Origin: Botryllus schlosseri
Taxonomy: Eukaryota
NCBI GenBank assembly: GCA_051294905.1
Contig: CM119384.1
Span: 11,098,001-11,162,000 of the forward strand
Length of the DNA: 64,000 bases
Direction of reading: 5' to 3'
Positions within the stretch are counted from its first letter, which is position 1; the number at the start of each line of letters is the position of its first letter. Under the pieces are notes generated by a model, which saw nothing but the letters and a program-made list of their open reading frames with translations, made no database searches and was not told the origin of the DNA. This document shows, one piece after another, positions 1 through 14,203 of this stretch. The position numbers were made by a program, and so were the translations under genes.

Positions 1-35
1 GAACTAACATGTCAATTATCCAATATAAAGCGTAC

Positions 36-3000
36 CTCGTTGAATAAGAGATGATGCAGCAGTCGGTTAAATCGCTGTTTGTTACTGACAGAGCCTCAAA
101 TCGGGAGGGGTAGCCTACTGCAGTGCCATAATAGTGCCAGAGCCCAGAAGCACCATAATAGTGGTTGAAAGGAGTATGATATTTGACAGAGAAAAGTAGT
201 CTAATTAAATGGGTATTCAAGTACTCTCTAACTATAATACAGATTCCATGTTCATGTGACTTTTATTAATCCCTATTCAATTCACCTTCAACGGCCGATT
301 CCTCCTGTAAATTCGGTAGCAAATGCTCAAATGAGGACTGCCGCGACTTTGACCATTTCGAACGCTTTTTCTGTGCCACGATTTTACGCCCAGTGCTGGA
401 AGCACTCACCTGTAAAATGGCCTAGCATTAAACGAAAAATATAGGGCTGGGAGAAAACAAATAACAAGGCACCTTGTATCCTTGTAAAGATTCTTTGGAG
501 AGATTGGGTAATTGTGCGAAGGCGTGAGCCCCAACGATATCGTTTTGGTGTGCGTTCACCCATTCTTGAGCTTTTATTATGCCGTCCTTAGCATAGCAAG
601 CTAGAAACAAAATGTAATATTCAGAATAATAGTAATACACTAACATATTCGTACACAGATCATCAAAACTGTACAATAGAGCAACGTCTCCTCAACAGAG
701 TCGAGAAAGGAAAATAAATTATAAACCATCTATAGTACAGCTGTTGTCCCACCATCAGAGAAATACCCTAAAGCTGCTTCGCTTATTAATTAACAGTAAC
801 AAAAACTGCACCGCAAACAATCATCTTTTTAATCTAAATTGATTCACGCTATGCTCCTGAAATGACGCATTAAGCCCAAATGCTAGTAATACAGGGAAAT
901 GGAATTTAAGCTATTTATAATTGTATTATGGCTGTAAATATCAATGAAAATATGAATTAATTGCCACAAACAATGTGGCATTACTAAAGTTGTTATTCAG
1001 CCAGTATTCACAGAGTACCTACATAAGAATATATTGTCAGTCATATGTATCTGACAGCGTATGGACAATGCACATTGGACATATTCACCTACTATCACAT
1101 GGCGCATTTCATAAGTTTTCTATTTACAAAGAATAGATAGCCTAAGTAGGCTATCCCTTTCCTTTTCCTGGTTGAAAAAAGTAGCAACATATGCCCTCCC
1201 AAAAGGCTCAAATAAAAGTCAGATCAAATTGGTAGTGTTGTGGATCACAGAATATGGAGAGTAATTTCAGATGTCTAACCATCGGGGATTATGATTTTGA
1301 TAAAACTCTGATGCGGTAGGCTTGTTGCTGTATAGATGGCAGTGATAAGGAAGAAATTTGTCTGGTAAAGTGGAAACGTAGGTAGGGGGATCAACTCTGC
1401 TGCACAACTTCAATGTACATCAGCGGTATCATTGCCAACGTAATTCAGTTGCAGCAGATATTCCAAATGAACGTAGCACAAATAAATGTCATGTCTACGT
1501 GACTTATTTTTACGGCATATTTGCACGTGTATTTGATCGAAACACATTTGACAAATTGTCTGTTGCACCAATTGCGAAACAGTCTGGTCAAAGTGAGAAA
1601 TCACTGCAAAATCTAAGGTAATTGGCAGCTATCAAGCGTGTGACGCAACAGCAGCAACAACATGGATGGTCATTTCCAGAAAATTGCCAGACAACCTACA
1701 AGTCTTTAAGGTGGAATAGGCAAGACTCTGAATACCATTCCATAATGTACCAATTCATGACATACCATATCATAGTATTAACAGCCCTAACATGTCTCAT
1801 TTTGGTTCTACAGATTGAAGGTGAATACACATCATAGAATATTAAGCATTAAATCTATTGCTGTAGATTAACCCCAGTCTGGACCTGTCTCCATTGGGTC
1901 AACTCTTTCAAAGATATTATGGTAATATTATGAGCTGTAACAATCAGGTTTCGTCACCAGCACGGCAACAATAAGCAGCTCTGTATCGTGCTGCAAGGAT
2001 TCAAGGACAATCGGACGCTATTGAGCTATCTGATTTTCAGCGCTGTCACAGTCAAGAAAAGATTAGTTATTTGCACAATTGGTACCCCGCACGAAGAAGA
2101 AAACAATTTTAGATGCCAGCACAATGGCTATATTCAAGCAATCAAGAATTTTGGTAAACGATTATTGCATTCGCACATACGTTATGTAACATATTGTTAA
2201 GATATCGATTGAATATACACCAGCCGGCACGAACAGGTATGTATTTACCCCTGTCTTAACAACAGTGTTATGTAACCATATTAATGAATGATTCAAAGCG
2301 GCAGGCACAGCATCACTATGAATAAACCAAAATAAGTAATTGAATCATCATTGGTAAATGAAATGGTAGAGAAAGTCGAAGATTCAATGATTCCGAAAGG
2401 CCATGTGGCTCATTTTTCAAAGGAAAGCGGTTTAAATATTAACACGTCACAGAACTCCATACTAACGGATATCCAGGGTGCTGTCCTGTAGCTGAGCATT
2501 GAGCAATTGCTAAAGAAAGAATTTGTCATCCTATGCATGTGGACAAGCACTCTTCTAGAAATTAGATGTACTTCCGAATTGATATGAGTAGACTACTGTA
2601 TAGTATCATTAATCACTGGACAGCAGACATTGACAGGCTCATCAATGTTGCTGCTAAAGTTACAAGATTTCTTTTTCGTGACGCTTGTGACTCAAAGTCA
2701 CGGAAGATATCATTATGGTAAATAAATGTTATGATTCGGTGTGTCATGTTCCGTAATTTTGAATACTAGAGTAGATCTTGATGACATGGTGTCTGCTTTA
2801 ATTATGTATGAGCACAATCCAGATTGGCATCATCAGAACAGATGTTAGGGTCCTTGCCTCTGGGTACATAGGAAAACAAAACATTGACTAATACCATCGT
2901 ACCAATATCGTGGGGCCGGTGGTCTGGTGAACACGAGGAGGTTCCAGAATCGAGAGTAGTATTGAATCTGGATAGAATCTGTAAAAAAAGATAACACCAA

Positions 3001-5786
3001 AATATAAATCTTTGCCATTCGCTGGAATCGTCGCCATTCACCAAATCAAAAAAATTAGGCGGTTCATTCAAAAATTAAATATACCGTGACTCAGATCTCC
3101 CAAAAGTCGTCAGACAAGTGCCGGCAGGCTAGTGAATTGGATATGAAATTTAACCAGATAACCACAAGTGAACACCGGAGTTGAATACGATAATGTGATG
3201 GTGTTGTCAGTGTCAACGTCACAAAGTACCTCTCATTAAGTACTGTTTACTTCACTCATCATTTCATCACATCATTGAAATCTTAACGCAATTAGAAAAC
3301 ATATATAATGATGCCCGAAACTATTCACAGGTATGAACAACTGCTTTCAATTAATATAATACATTACTTCGACCATATTAAGGGTACATTTCTCAGAAGA
3401 ACGTAGTTACAAAATTACACACCCGGGTATACAAACAACACGCCACCTTCACATAACAAGAGCGTTTACAGGAATTTGCACTCCTTCAAAATAACATTTT
3501 AACAATCGGCGTAACAATATTAAAAAGTATACAGTGCACATCTGTTTGCATTCAGCGAAAGTGACTTCAGTAGGTGAATGTGACTTTCCGCAATACGATG
3601 GGGAAAGGATTGTGGACACACAAAATATAGGCCTGTAATAGATACTTGCGCCCATTATTGCTGATAGCCTAAAAAACTACATACCGACGAATGAGCTTTA
3701 GCAGTCTCCAATTGGGTAAATCCTAATTGAAACAGCAGATCTTCTGGGTCTCCTTCCCGAGCATCAATAAGATCAGATATACTAAAACCAATACCAATTA
3801 AATTATTCAACAGCAACTGCTGCCACTATGTAGGATAAGCAATATAATCCAAGCAGCCTACCCCAAATCTAATGGCGAGTATAAAAAGAGAACAGTAATA
3901 GGATTCAAATTTTTAGCCATTCTGGTTCGAACTGCTTGGGCTAGTTAGTGAGGTATGCGCACCGGAAGAATGGCAGTCCATTAATCTTAGCATTCAACAC
4001 TTGGATGCACCTTACAACGGAATGTGCACAAATAAATATTCGTGTGATGGTGGATCATATTTCTTGTTGCCCTATATCAGCAATCAAATTGTTAGAAATT
4101 TGTTATCATAAATATTTCTTAGTAGGCTACTAGCATAAATAGAATACAATGGGTTTGTTTGGTGACGCGTACGTCATATATGGCATAACATATCTGGGTT
4201 TCCAATACCTGATTTTTTTATACGGAAGATCGTGAATGGTGAATCGATTTTGTACTCGTTTGAAAAGAACTCACTTAGAAATTGTAGAAAAAGTAAAAAG
4301 CGAATCTTCTTCGTCAAGCGAATGGCCACGTCTCAAAATCAGGAAACTGTCGACAGTCGAATTTGCTACTGCATTCTCAGAATTGGACTTGATGGTATTG
4401 GCTGAATAGAAAAGTGCTTGGCATATTAGAGTTTAAAATTAACCGGGGCTTAGCGAACAATGGTCACACTTTATTAACCATACTGCATGGGACCGAAAAC
4501 CAGGAAATAATGGCGGGAGGCATCATATTTCCTTGCGCGTGTCAGGAGTTTCTGTTCACACACAGTTCACATTACTTTTAGATCATCAGGCATAGAAACT
4601 GGGCCTTTCCAACCGAATGCTTTTCAAATAGCTGAATGATGAAATGATGAATCTAATAAACAGCCTTGAAATTTCGTATCATATAGGTATGATTTAATAG
4701 ATTCGTTTTTTGAGATTTCATCGAAGGTTCCCAGTTGCTTATAAACCATACTAGGTTTTTTACATTGCAACAGTACAAACTACTGGATTAAATGTTAATT
4801 ATAAACAAAATTCAATACAATGAATGCATAATAAAACACAATAAATCAGAAAGCCTACTGATTAACTTAGAAAGGATAGCTTAAATGATAGTTCAAAATG
4901 GAATCTAAATATTGCTATGAAGCATGAATAGACGCATAAACACAGTTATTTGATAGTCACTCAGCTCAAAAACTGGGGGGCGAAATGTTAATGACTATCC
5001 TTGGGGCATTTCAAAGTCCATATCTTGATTCCGGAATTTCCAATTATATTTACAGCGGAATATTTAGTCCAACCATGACAAGTGCACTGCGGGAATTCAA
5101 ATGCAGGGTGACAGACAAGTTGGACAAGTCGGGCGTCGGCTTTCAATTATGATAACAAATATATACTCGTCATGGTATGAAAATAAAAATTTTGACAGTG
5201 TTGCCCATTACAATTGCCTACGGACAAGTCTTATAATAAATCACCAAGTTCACAGGCCACTCATCGCACAACAGGGCACGAAGAGAATAACTCCAGCTGT
5301 ATCTTTGTATAGATAACTTACCGATTGTATCAAAGTATTAGGTGCGATGAACAGGTATAACCTCTATCTTTCTAGTCATGTATTGACTCAGATATATTGT
5401 CTCTCGAATCTGAGTTTTGTTAGCTTCAATGAAAGTATAGCCCCACAGGACTGGTGAAACTGTTCGACTATTTGTGAGAGTGATTATAATTATAGTATCG
5501 CCGTTTTTGAAAATATCCTACAGAGGGTCATTATGATCCAAATATTGAACATGTGTGTGTGAAACAAAAATTCTCAATGGTTTGCAACATCGATTTACTG
5601 TATCACCCTAATAGCAATGCAATATCATCTGACAAGTAGGCTGCACCAAAACAATGCAGCCACAAATAAATACACTGTGCTCACATCAAGTAAGTGAGAA
5701 TACAATACCTTCAGCACCTAGGTGTAAGTCGTCTGCAGCCTCACTGTTGGATAGTGACTGGGAAGAGGAAAAGCTGGCCGAGTCAT
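36..5786 (-). CDS. ITPRID/SSFA2(KRAP)/TESPA1-family protein with IP3-receptor-binding-like domain (partial, multi-exon)
   Basis: Minus-strand exons 5786-5709, 4401-4275, 3781-3685, 2978-2895 and 2509-2467 have AG/GT ends and join in phase. An exon starts at 1603 (donor uncertain), followed by 600-473, 409-286 and a probable exon ending at 36. The spliced peptide DDLHLGAEAN...STISNISDLIDAREGDPEDLLFQLGF...ILSRF...QLLNAQLQ...LISHFDQ parallels recalled ITPRID2 motifs DDLSLGAEAN...[23 protein letters not shown]...IPSRF...FLSAQMQ...LTSRFRQ. The start codon exon was not found and the gene continues beyond position 1. Confidence 0.72.
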
Positions 5787-7150
5787 CTTGAAATAAAAGG
5801 TCAAACTCCATTAACCAACACAATTTCAATAGCCCTTTTCCTTGCCCGGCAAACTCGTCTTGAATGTCTTCAAATTAACCTACTGATGAAGACACTTTCA
5901 CAATATTATGCATTGAAAAGACGCTGGAAATGAAGAAAACAATTGCAGAGAAGCCAGATCATCGAGGCATGCCCAATTGCCTGTATTCAAGTGAGCAGAT
6001 AACATGAGGGGCACTTGAGAGGCATATACAATAATAGATCAATGGATAGGGCAAGTTTCTTGCTTCATTGCTTCTACAAAACATGACAAATCAACAACAA
6101 ACCGACACACAGTAGATGACAATCTTTAACACAGCCATGCTAAATACGGACAGCCTTTGACAAATGCTTAAAAAACATATGTATAAAAACTTTCTTTATT
6201 TTGATATGAAGCCATAATTATTCACAAGTGCATTTCTCTACTTGACCAATTGCCAATGGCCAAGTTCCAGTTCACAAGTAACTTAATTGCATAGATAATT
6301 ACAAACCACAAAGAATTCGACTGGACTTTTAAGACACAAAATGTCATAAACTATTTATTGAATTTACGATTCCAATCGGGTTTAATAAGAACATTATAAG
6401 ATTTAATATTTATTATGTGTTCCATTATCCGCACATGTGTTAGTATGATTGGCAGCTTAGAGCTTATTTGATTGAGCGCCCCTGTCTCAGAATGATTGCC
6501 ATTACATTGAATGTATTGAATTGTTTTAGAGCAGTGATGCCCAAGCTTTGACAGTCTATGGCTCCATATAATATTAGGTGATTTTTAGTCATATTGGTGC
6601 CCGAATTCGTCAAATATTTTCTATATTTGCAAGTAAAATTACAATGTAGGCAGGTTCAAAAATATCTGCATAACTAGAGAGCCATAATCTACCCTACTGG
6701 GATCTCGGAAACCTTTGCGGGTTCAATTATACGTGGTAAGACAAGTCCCAGCATGACAGTGTTGGTATGACAATGACCACATGCAATTGCGCATCAGCGG
6801 CATAGCATGTACAGAGTGCGCACATTTCACATTACAGAGTTACAGAAAAATGGTAGCGTCGGGCTGCTCATGTATATATATGTAGAAGTAATATTAAAAG
6901 TACAAAGAAGATAATTTGATATTTGGAGCTTGTAGGCAAATTAGAGAAAGTAGATCGATAAATCAAAAATTTCAAATGTCTATAAGTATGAAAATTAAGG
7001 TACCGTATCTTATTTACTCAAAGTTAGCCAACACCATAATGGCTTAATTACATCACTATAAATTCCAATAGGATGATCCGCCATTATGGAATTATTGCAA
7101 AAATGTTCGCACCCTACACATGCCAGCCTTGTAAGCAATTTTGGGCCTCC

Positions 7151-7188
7151 ATTCAAGTTAATTCAATTCAACTCAATTTAATTTATTG
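7151..7188 (-). repeat. (ATTCA)n-like tract, possible 3' tail of an antisense LINE fragment
   Basis: ATTCAAGTTAATTCAATTCAACTCAATTTAATTTATT; the reverse complement gives AATAAA followed by (TTGAA)n. No ORF remnant was recognised. Confidence 0.35.
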
Positions 7189-7999
7189 CTAATGATTTCA
7201 CCATTACAATGCACCGCAAGACTGGTGACGTTGTTGCTTGCATAATGCTTGTGTTCACAAAACTACGAGTCCTTGTTGAAATATCAAACATTTCAATAAT
7301 ATTCTCTCAGGATACCAAACTACAGAAGATTAAAATTCAATCTTTAACCAACATTTCATACAAAATATTCCACTTTTCAGTTTAATCTAGTATTTTCATT
7401 GGTTATCATGATAAATCTATGTTCATCGACACTATGCAAGTAAAATTTTGAATAAACTGAAGTTATTTTTCAATAACCCTTACCCTAATGTGAGAACCGT
7501 TTTTTATATCAGCCGAAAATTTCATTTAACATTTGAACACCGCATCTGACTTACTGGTGCCTATAGTTTGCACGGTTTGGCAAAGTAAGCTGCACTCCTC
7601 TCCAAACATGTTAAAAAATGAGACTGGTTTACAATTTCCACCTGAATGGTGATGAAACCCAGCCCAGCTCTACCCTGACTCATCAAAGTATAAGCCTATA
7701 CAGTTACATCTCGAGAACAGCTTGAGAAGACCAACACCAAACATATATATAATTATACATGCCGTTGCCGTCTCTTCATCGTCTAACACAAATTGTCAAA
7801 ATACATTCAAGCGGTAACATCTAAATAACTGATTTAACCGAATAAGAATCAGCCCAGACAATTCTCTCTGGAAAATTCAGTCCAGGCAAAAACTCTCCGA
7901 GGCCCTTACTTCTAAAATGCAAAGAAAACACATTAGAGTAACCCGAATCTCAGTACCGCTTTAGAAACGCCGATCTAAATATTTTGATCAGCTGAATCT

Positions 8000-8968
8000 T
8001 CCGTCTTCTTCACCACTGAGCTGCCTTAACCAAAGTCACTCAACTGTGTCATGGTTGAGACTGGACTGTTACGTCACATTTTATCGATAGTCACTGCCCA
8101 ACTACGAGCGCGACCGCATCCTCTGGTCGTCCAGAAGCTGACTCTATTTAGTCTATTGCACAACAGTCATTAATTCTCTGCTCATATTCATTTACTTTCG
8201 CATGCCTAGTTCCCTGAGTAGTGCGTACCAGTGAATCTTTGCGTCTGCGACAATACCACTGTATTCCACTGCTATTCACCTTCAAGTATTTACTGTGCGA
8301 ATGATTTACCAATGATCCGCACGAAAGTGGAAGTATCAGTGCATATTTGCTTGCTATCATTTAGAGCTCCCGGACAGTTCAGTCATAATTCGACTATATA
8401 GCAGTGCTATGACTTTTACCAAGTTTTATGTAGTTGGTTAAACTTAAACACCACATTTCACAACTCCGATGGGAGTGTATTCACCGTCAGGCTCTACTAA
8501 TCTTCTCCGTACCATAGTTTTATCCACTGAGGTTTTATCCGGGCTCCTCACTATAAATGTTGTCTCTTAGTGTGCCACGCTACAACAAGTCGACAACAAA
8601 CAAGCTGAACTGAGAGACAGTGAGGCCGAAAGTGCTCGAGCGCAAGCGTACGAGTAGCGAAGAATCTGAACAATACTGAAATCCATGTCGTGGCGCACAA
8701 GACCTGAACAGCCGATAAGCGCCGCCGTTGTGTGAGTAATGATTTAAAAGTTAAACAAGAACTGCACACAATGCAACTGGCCTCTCATAGGCCTATGAAA
8801 CTGCTATTGATAGGGGTCGATCACAATCGATAAACAAGGAAATAGTAATTATGACGACACAATGTCAATATCTAACACCGAAAAAAATTAAATCACTTAT
8901 TTTGAAAGATATGAAATCTAACGTAAAAGCATCCAGCTCCAAAATAGGAACCAGTGCGCATACTAAAG
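8000..8968. promoter_or_regulatory. Putative divergent promoter region between the ITPRID-like and FBXO24-like genes
   Basis: Head-to-head gene orientation, and CpG density rises sharply here compared with the CpG-poor 0-7.9 kb region. No transcription start can be fixed from sequence alone. Confidence 0.4.
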
Positions 8969-11900
8969 ATGATGGACTCCTCAAATGATGTAAGTATTAT
9001 TTATCATCGCTGATGTTTCATTTTTGGCGTATCAAAACTGGGAGAAATTTATACCATTTATGGCCTAACCCTATACCCATAGGACTTCTATAGGCCTACC
9101 TCCGTGATTCTTGAAAATTATCATTACTTAAGGCGTTTCCATGGACTACCACTTTTCCATGCAGTTTGAGAGGTTTATAATTTACCGCTCTTTCAATTTC
9201 TACGGTAATTCTTTAGAATGATCGAGCCAATCACGAACAGGGAACCAATAATTCCGTGATTCGTCAAAGCCCGCAATTAAGAAGGAAGAGAAAATTATCG
9301 GATTTGGAAACTAGAAGTCAAGCAATTCAAAGAAAAGAAAAGATAATATTTTTATCAAGTAGTCAAGGGGTCCAGAACTCAAAACGACTATGCAAGAATA
9401 CGGCATCAGATAATGATAACGAAACAAGCTCGACGAATATTCTCGATTTACCCAACGAAATGGTAAGACCCTATAACCCTATACATATGTGAATTAAAGA
9501 TGTTTTACTTGCAATTCGATTCGCCTTGAAACGCGAGTCATACCGTATGGGATATAAATAACCATATTATATTACTTATTCCTAGTTCGGACACACTTAC
9601 GTAGTAGCCTATTCACTTCGGCTGGGTTACATTGCCAGTAAAAACAAACGAATATTGCACAAATATTATTATCTGGAAACATTTTTTCTTGAAATGGTTT
9701 TATTGCTTTGTGGTTGATTAATGGCAATAGAATTTAGCTTCATCAGGCTACCTCCCGAACAATAGAGAGGACCGTAAAAAATAAAAATGAAATAGTTTAT
9801 GTCGTCCAAGATCCCAATACAAATATTTGATACCGTAAGCTAATGCTAACCAAATTGTGGTTTAGATTGCGATCTTGGTGCTATATTTGAAACCAGTGGA
9901 CATCGGGAAACTCGCATGTACTTGCAAGCGCATGACGCAAATTATTGAGGAAAACCAAGTTTGGAGAAATCTCTGCCGAAGTCATTTTTCCATTTGGAAC
10001 GATCATGTCTACGATATCAATTCCGTGAATAATTCTTCCACTTCAAACGTAGATCCTTATATCGGAAAATGTTGGAAACGACAATACGTAATGAATCGTA
10101 AGTGAAACTATACCATCTTTTTGCGACCGGCACAACTGGCGCAGCGCAGCAGGCGTATGGGCAACATGGATTTTGAACGCGATCTTGATAGGGGGTTCAA
10201 TATTGACAACGCACTCCACATTCCTCCATCCATCACGTCTCAGTGCCCAAATCCCCAATTTCTGGACAAGAGCTAAATTTGTACAGTATCTGTCTCTGCC
10301 TCTATGTAGGCCTAAAGTTAAACATTCGCAGTTACGAAAAACTGTGACACACGTATGATTATTCAAAAGCTGGGACTTTTGACGATTCAACAATGTCATT
10401 TGTAAATAATCCTCATTCTATCCTCATACTCAGTTTGTCACTTCAAAAGTTGCTGGTTACTCGAAATCAGTCCGTGATTGACTTTGAACTGAACATATTA
10501 GTTTTGTAACTACAAATTTTGAAATAGTGTTTATAGGAGGGGTGTATTGTAGGGTTATGACTAAAAAAAAATTTGCCTGTAGCAGGAATTGATGAACATT
10601 TTGGTATAAATTAATAAAATCATAATCATTTTGTTCAAATCGAAAAAAATGTCCCGCACAAACTAATATCAATTTTTGACACTGGTCCAACTATGGAAGA
10701 AATTCAAAATTCAAAGATATTCTTTGCTACAAATTTAATCTTCAAATATATGTCCTTTTACAGTTATTGTAAAGTTCATTCATCAATTTGACCTCCATTT
10801 CTGTTATTATGTTAGTGCCAGGGACATCTACGACGGACATATCCGACTTCCAATGGAGTTTTGGGGCACTTTATCGCTGAGGGACATTCGACCACAAAGA
10901 TAGCAGCAAATGATCTTTGGTATATTCTAGAGCCCGACCGATATTGTATTTTTATGTCGATACCGATAAAACCAATATCTCACACCTTAGCCGATAACCC
11001 CAATACATTCAGCCGATATTCAAAAGAAGTTGGATGTATACATAAGCACATTTTCAAATCTTCAGAGGGCATTTGTTTGAACATCTTTACAGCCATTGTT
11101 ATACTTGAACATGAAATGAACTAGAAAGGCTGCATCTGGACACCTGTAAAGTGTAAGCTGTATGAAATATATCAATATTCTCAGTCTAGCGATCAAAGAT
11201 TATAGTTTTCTGGCTTCCTTCCGCCATGCTGTGACGTCACACGCAAAATGCCGTTAATTTTTCAACTCCAATGGCCGACACCGATAATTCTTTCAAAGTG
11301 TGATATCGTCTTGATATTATCGACGAACCGATAATCGTTCGGGCTCGAGTATATTCCATCCTTAGACATCTGGTTAGAATACCAGTCTTCCTGACACGCA
11401 TTTGCGATAAATAAGCATCTCCAGAGTTATTCTCTATCTGGGGAAGTGGAAGTACGCAACGCAACCCTTGAGCACCCTCTCGCATTGCGTAGAGATGGAA
11501 GTTTATGCCATTTGATCAGTGGTAATCTGTACTATTTTCTTTGAAAGAACGGCATGTTCTGCACATGCCATAGATAAACTTAAAATTATCCCTACATCCT
11601 CGGTTTTCTAATATTTTCATCTGAAATTCGTGCTTGGTGAATTGCACCTATAGTTTTCGTAGTGTTTTACCACATCATCTCCAAATTTGTAGCTGAGAGC
11701 TGGATTTCTTGAAGACGTTGGATCGAAGAACCCTAATATATGCTTTAAGAATCGATAATATGATGTTGGCAAGGGATATGAAAACCCATGCTCATCATTG
11801 CATTTCGCAGTTTCGAAACAACGCCATTCTGCCGTCCAGTATCAACAAATGCTACGGTGTCACATATGATATAATTATGAGATTTTCAAATTTTCCTGTA

Positions 11901-14172
11901 CATCATATTCTTCTAAGCGGTTTTCTAGACCGCTGAAAATACCTAGAGTTGTTCTACTTTCGCCTTTTCGAACACCCAGTTTGATTTGTGCCAGACAAAT
12001 TGAAATTATACGATATATATATACAGTCTACATGTAAAATCGGAATTAATAATTATTTATTAATTATTTAATATTGACTGTAAACAAGAACACGATAGGA
12101 ATAATTCAGTCGATAAATAAATTATATAGTCTGTATCTACAAAAGAAAGCCTATCCTCCATACAGTGAAAACTGGAAAATTTTTGTGCGGGAGGTTTTTG
12201 TTCAAACAGTCTTAACTTTTGTGAGTTTTGAAATCAGGACACAAAAGCTCATTATTTGTGACTACAGGACACACAAAATTTTGAAATGTTTTTTCTAGTC
12301 ATAACCCTAGTGTATACCCAAGAGACAGTGACGGGCGTCGTCAATGCCCCCTCCCAATAGTCGACTGGGGATTGTGACGTCACTACTTTGCATTATGTCG
12401 CAATATATATTCCTGACCTCACGTTGCCATCAAAATAATTCGTCGTTTCCGAATTTTCATCCTTGCTACCCTATAACTAGGAGTGCAGCCTACACTTATG
12501 TCATATAGGTCTTTGGATGTTGGCTGATGGAAATCGGATATGAACTAAAACAAATCATTGTTTCTATCCCTAACTACCAAAATAGCGTAGTAGGCTAGCC
12601 TATACGTATATCATGTAGATACAAAAGCACTTTGGTATCACTGCTTTGGAAGCGGCTGTCGGGGCAGAGTTACGAACACCGTTTCGGACACCGCTGCGTC
12701 GTATGGATTTCGTAAAATCTGTTGCAGCAGAGATCACATATTTGCGTTGGATTACGCGGGAATTCTCCACGTCTATCGGTCAGTATTTCAATTTCATCTT
12801 TACTTTATCCAGGCTTCTAATTACCTGCGGTGATCTCTAATCGAGAATCTTTAATCCGTTGGCAATGAATTGGATTCTGAAACTTATTCTCACTTTGACA
12901 TGTGATTTGTTTGTGAGCAGATGGGAGCGACAACCCCAAACGAACGATTTCGCGTACACCAAGACGAGGTGGCACAAAGATTTTTCGAAGCACGTAATTG
13001 ATGTATGATGATGATGTGCAAAACCCTATCATAAATATCAGTCGTATATATCACATTTCGTTTTTTAGATAGCCACTGATCCTCGTTACGATAACACGAC
13101 GCGAAGGTACGTCTACGTTCTCAGCCAAAGCACGGTGATGCAAAACAGGCGATACCATATCAGCACAAGAGGGACGGATGACGATAAAAAGGGGTCAGTA
13201 TGTACAGTCCTGTTCCGTATCCAGTCTACCGATTGCGATTATTGCAAAGCAAGAGCATAGCAACCGTAAATTGCGCGTAATAATGAAGTCTTACTGGATG
13301 CCGTCATGAACCGACTTATTTTACTCGCGCAGTGCGAAATAATTGATGTCGATATGAGGCAACATGTCCTCAGATGACAGATGTTTTTTTTCAAAACCAC
13401 GGCAGTACGTCATCGGTTACAAATTATCACGTGTTGGTCAGTATTAGCATATTTTGTACCCACTGTGAAAACCCGAGCACCAATCGGGTCTTTAAATAGT
13501 TACAGCATCATATCAGAGAGAAAGATGACAGCAACTCATATGACAGGGTCACGGTCAGCCGATCATTATGATTGATTGGTTTCAACAGATGCAATGAGTA
13601 TGGTGTACCAAGCGCTGGAGACAAAATTGATGTATTCGACGAACGATCTTGTCGACGAGTCTTCAACATGACCTTCGACCCAGAAATGAGGTTTACTTCG
13701 ATCAGGCTCACATCGGCTGAATCTCAACAAAAAACGCTCTTTATGTTGACAGATGCTGGGAAGGTATGGCTATACAATTTGGAAATCAAACTATGTATAA
13801 CAAACATGATAATATAAATAATATAATACAACGTAATGTATTAGAATAGTATGAGCAGCGAATGCGTGAAATAACTATCTATTATAGGGGAGATGAGAGG
13901 AATGTTTTCAGTGATCTCTATGAGTCATAGGTGCAATGTATTATTGTAATGACACGTCACAAAGCTATGAACCCGAAATCGGCGGAGGCATATGGACCAT
14001 CTCGTGAAATCAATTTGAAGGGAAGCATGTTTCTCATTAATGTCTATGTTATTATGTTATATTATGTTATCTGTTAAGAACCTGCAAAGGTAAGCTATAA
14101 GGAAGTGTTTTTCAATTAATTGAGAAGGCGTAATAATCAATAATCATCAGACTAAATTTTCATCTGCCCAAG

Positions 14173-14203
<31 letters not shown>

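Noticed and set aside
8082-8089. DRE octamer TATCGATA in the divergent promoter
   Set aside because: A single AT-rich octamer is expected by chance in 64 kb, and DRE function is not established for this lineage.
8148-8360. ORF with WYCRRRK as first exon of the ITPRID-like gene
   Set aside because: Only a 4-residue resemblance to ITPRID2 SRRRKAW, and no phase-consistent chain to the exon at 5786 could be built.
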